A stretch of DNA of 63,440 nucleotides, the filler included, from Asterionella formosa (lineage: Eukaryota), in assembly GCA_002256025.1 (NCBI GenBank). It is 11 parts of 11 records of this genome, joined end to end, with 100 filler letters (N's around TTAATTAATTAA, not from the genome) between each part and the next. Parts side by side here need not be neighbours in the genome. Positions count along the whole stretch, not along the records: positions 57,782 to 63,440 come from NKIB01012972.1; 10 more parts are not named here. One strand, given 5' to 3'. The notes under the pieces were generated by a model. That model did no database searches, was not told where the DNA came from, and saw only the letters and a list, made by a program, of their open reading frames with translations. The stretch's first letter is position 1, and every line of letters starts with the position of its first letter. Below, in pieces: positions 62,209-63,440 of the stretch. The position numbers were made by a program, and so were the translations under genes.

Positions 62209-63240
62209 CTCCCTCTGTTCAATAACAATTGCATTTATTATTGGAACCCAAAGTACCGAGCAGCTTGTTCTAGGATGGATTACATGACTATATACCATCT
62301 TTCTATGTGAGGGTCTGTTTACTCGAGAATATGCGTTTTTATTAGTTATTTAGATGTGAGTATAAATTTGCAATCACTAATTGAATTATTACCATCTTAA
62401 TAAATTATTCAAAACCAATTGAACATACATATAGTCATTGAGTAAATCTACATATCCTCACCAAATGCTGTTTAACATTGGCCAGCCTCTCAAATATCTG
62501 CGGGAAACAGAATGACACAAGTCACAATTATGATTATAATATGAAGAGAATAACAGTTATACGACACACTTTCTATGGTTGTTACATTTACATTGAGCAT
62601 ACCGCCAGATATTGAATGGTTGCGATGATCAAAATGTGCATTACCAGTCTTGTTTTCTTCCTTTGCATCATTGCCACTTTCGTGGTTGCGCAATCCACAA
62701 TCGAAGTCAGGTTTCCATTGTTCAACTGTTATATCCTACAATCTGGATGTTGAGAATAGGTTGTCAATGCAATATCAAAAGATGAAATGCAAAATTATAA
62801 TATTACTCAGGATATTCTTCTACGATAGGAATGTAGTAGGTAGATGTAGTGTAGATGCATATCAAGTACACACCGTAGTGTAGTGCAGTAGTGCATCACT
62901 ACTAGTACATACATCATAGTACCTGGTACCACGTAGTACAGAACTATGTATGTCACACTAACAATAGGTGGTTCCAAGAAAAATGGGTCCTCATGTATAT
63001 CTGCATTTGGCTCGAGATGGCCAAAGTTGCCAATTTTATTACTTCTGTAAAGATCCGGTAAATAAATATTGTATACGGGCGGGCGGCACATGGATCTGTA
63101 GCTTAGGGCAAGCTGCACAAGAGGGCGAAGCCGGAGAAAATCGTAAAAATCAAAATGGCCCCGGAGAAATTTTAGGAATCGATACAGCTGGTTTAATCCT
63201 GAGGCTGGCATTCCGTAGAATCTACCCAGTGCTCCTGGTA
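62209..63240. mobile_element. Stowaway-like MITE-related sequence
   Basis: TA|CTCCCTCTGTTCAATAACAATTGC at 62209 resembles the TIR at 17850. Blocks 62965-63020 and 63128-63175 are reverse-complement matches to 18058-18111 and 17883-17929. The right TIR is not clearly identified. Confidence 0.5.
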
Positions 63241-63440
63241 TATCCAGTATTCTTCTCCGCTGACCAAATATTTGAACATATATAACAGTAGTATATCTAA
63301 ATTGGATATAATTCATGTACATAAAAACTCTCCAATCAGCCGTGATATCATCGATTGACAACAACCGGAGGGATGCGAGCTGTCCATGCTATGCATTGCC
63401 TAATGAACATGCTCTTGTCAATGCATAGGTACAGTGGCAG

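Noticed and set aside
1..63440. Fanzor/TnpB, Cas, retron or giant-virus/Polinton hallmark genes
   Set aside because: I recognised no RuvC, Cas, capsid or protein-primed polymerase motifs in the ORF track. An HMM scan of all six frames would be needed to exclude degraded copies.

Overview
Eukaryotic DNA, almost certainly a diatom: short GT-AG introns, an ASAFAP-type plastid presequence, and CoDi/GyDi-type retrotransposons. It is not a continuous locus. It is 11 unrelated contigs of about 5.66-5.69 kb, roughly size-sorted and joined by ten artificial 100-nt N44-TTAATTAATTAA-N44 spacers, so nothing can be inferred from adjacency across a spacer. Host genes are a reeler-like surface protein, a UAA/SLC35B nucleotide-sugar transporter with a spliced N-terminal extension, a TRIAP1/Mdm35-like twin-CX9C protein, an SDR, a GNAT-like protein, a thylakoid-lumen protein, a mitochondrial carrier, a Kir-type K+ channel, a coiled-coil protein, a Cys-rich hypothetical protein and tRNA-Ile(AAT). 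The rest is a diverse, mostly decayed mobilome: Crypton tyrosine-recombinase DNA transposons (three pieces, two with Copia LTR elements nested in them), several Copia, two Gypsy 5' ends, a DIRS/Ngaro-type RT-RNaseH, a Kolobok transposase plus KolX-like ORF, Harbinger and DD39D-mariner remnants, MITEs, and a Crinkler-like pseudogene. The best leads are a catalytically intact CryptonF-like recombinase with a hidden C-terminal Cys/His domain, possible non-Met half-tRNA primer sites in Copia elements, a 70-bp invariant block in two diverged Gypsy copies, the Kolobok/KolX pair, and two tRNA-derived fragments. I cannot demonstrate a wholly new system from sequence alone. All family assignments come from motif recognition, not database searches.
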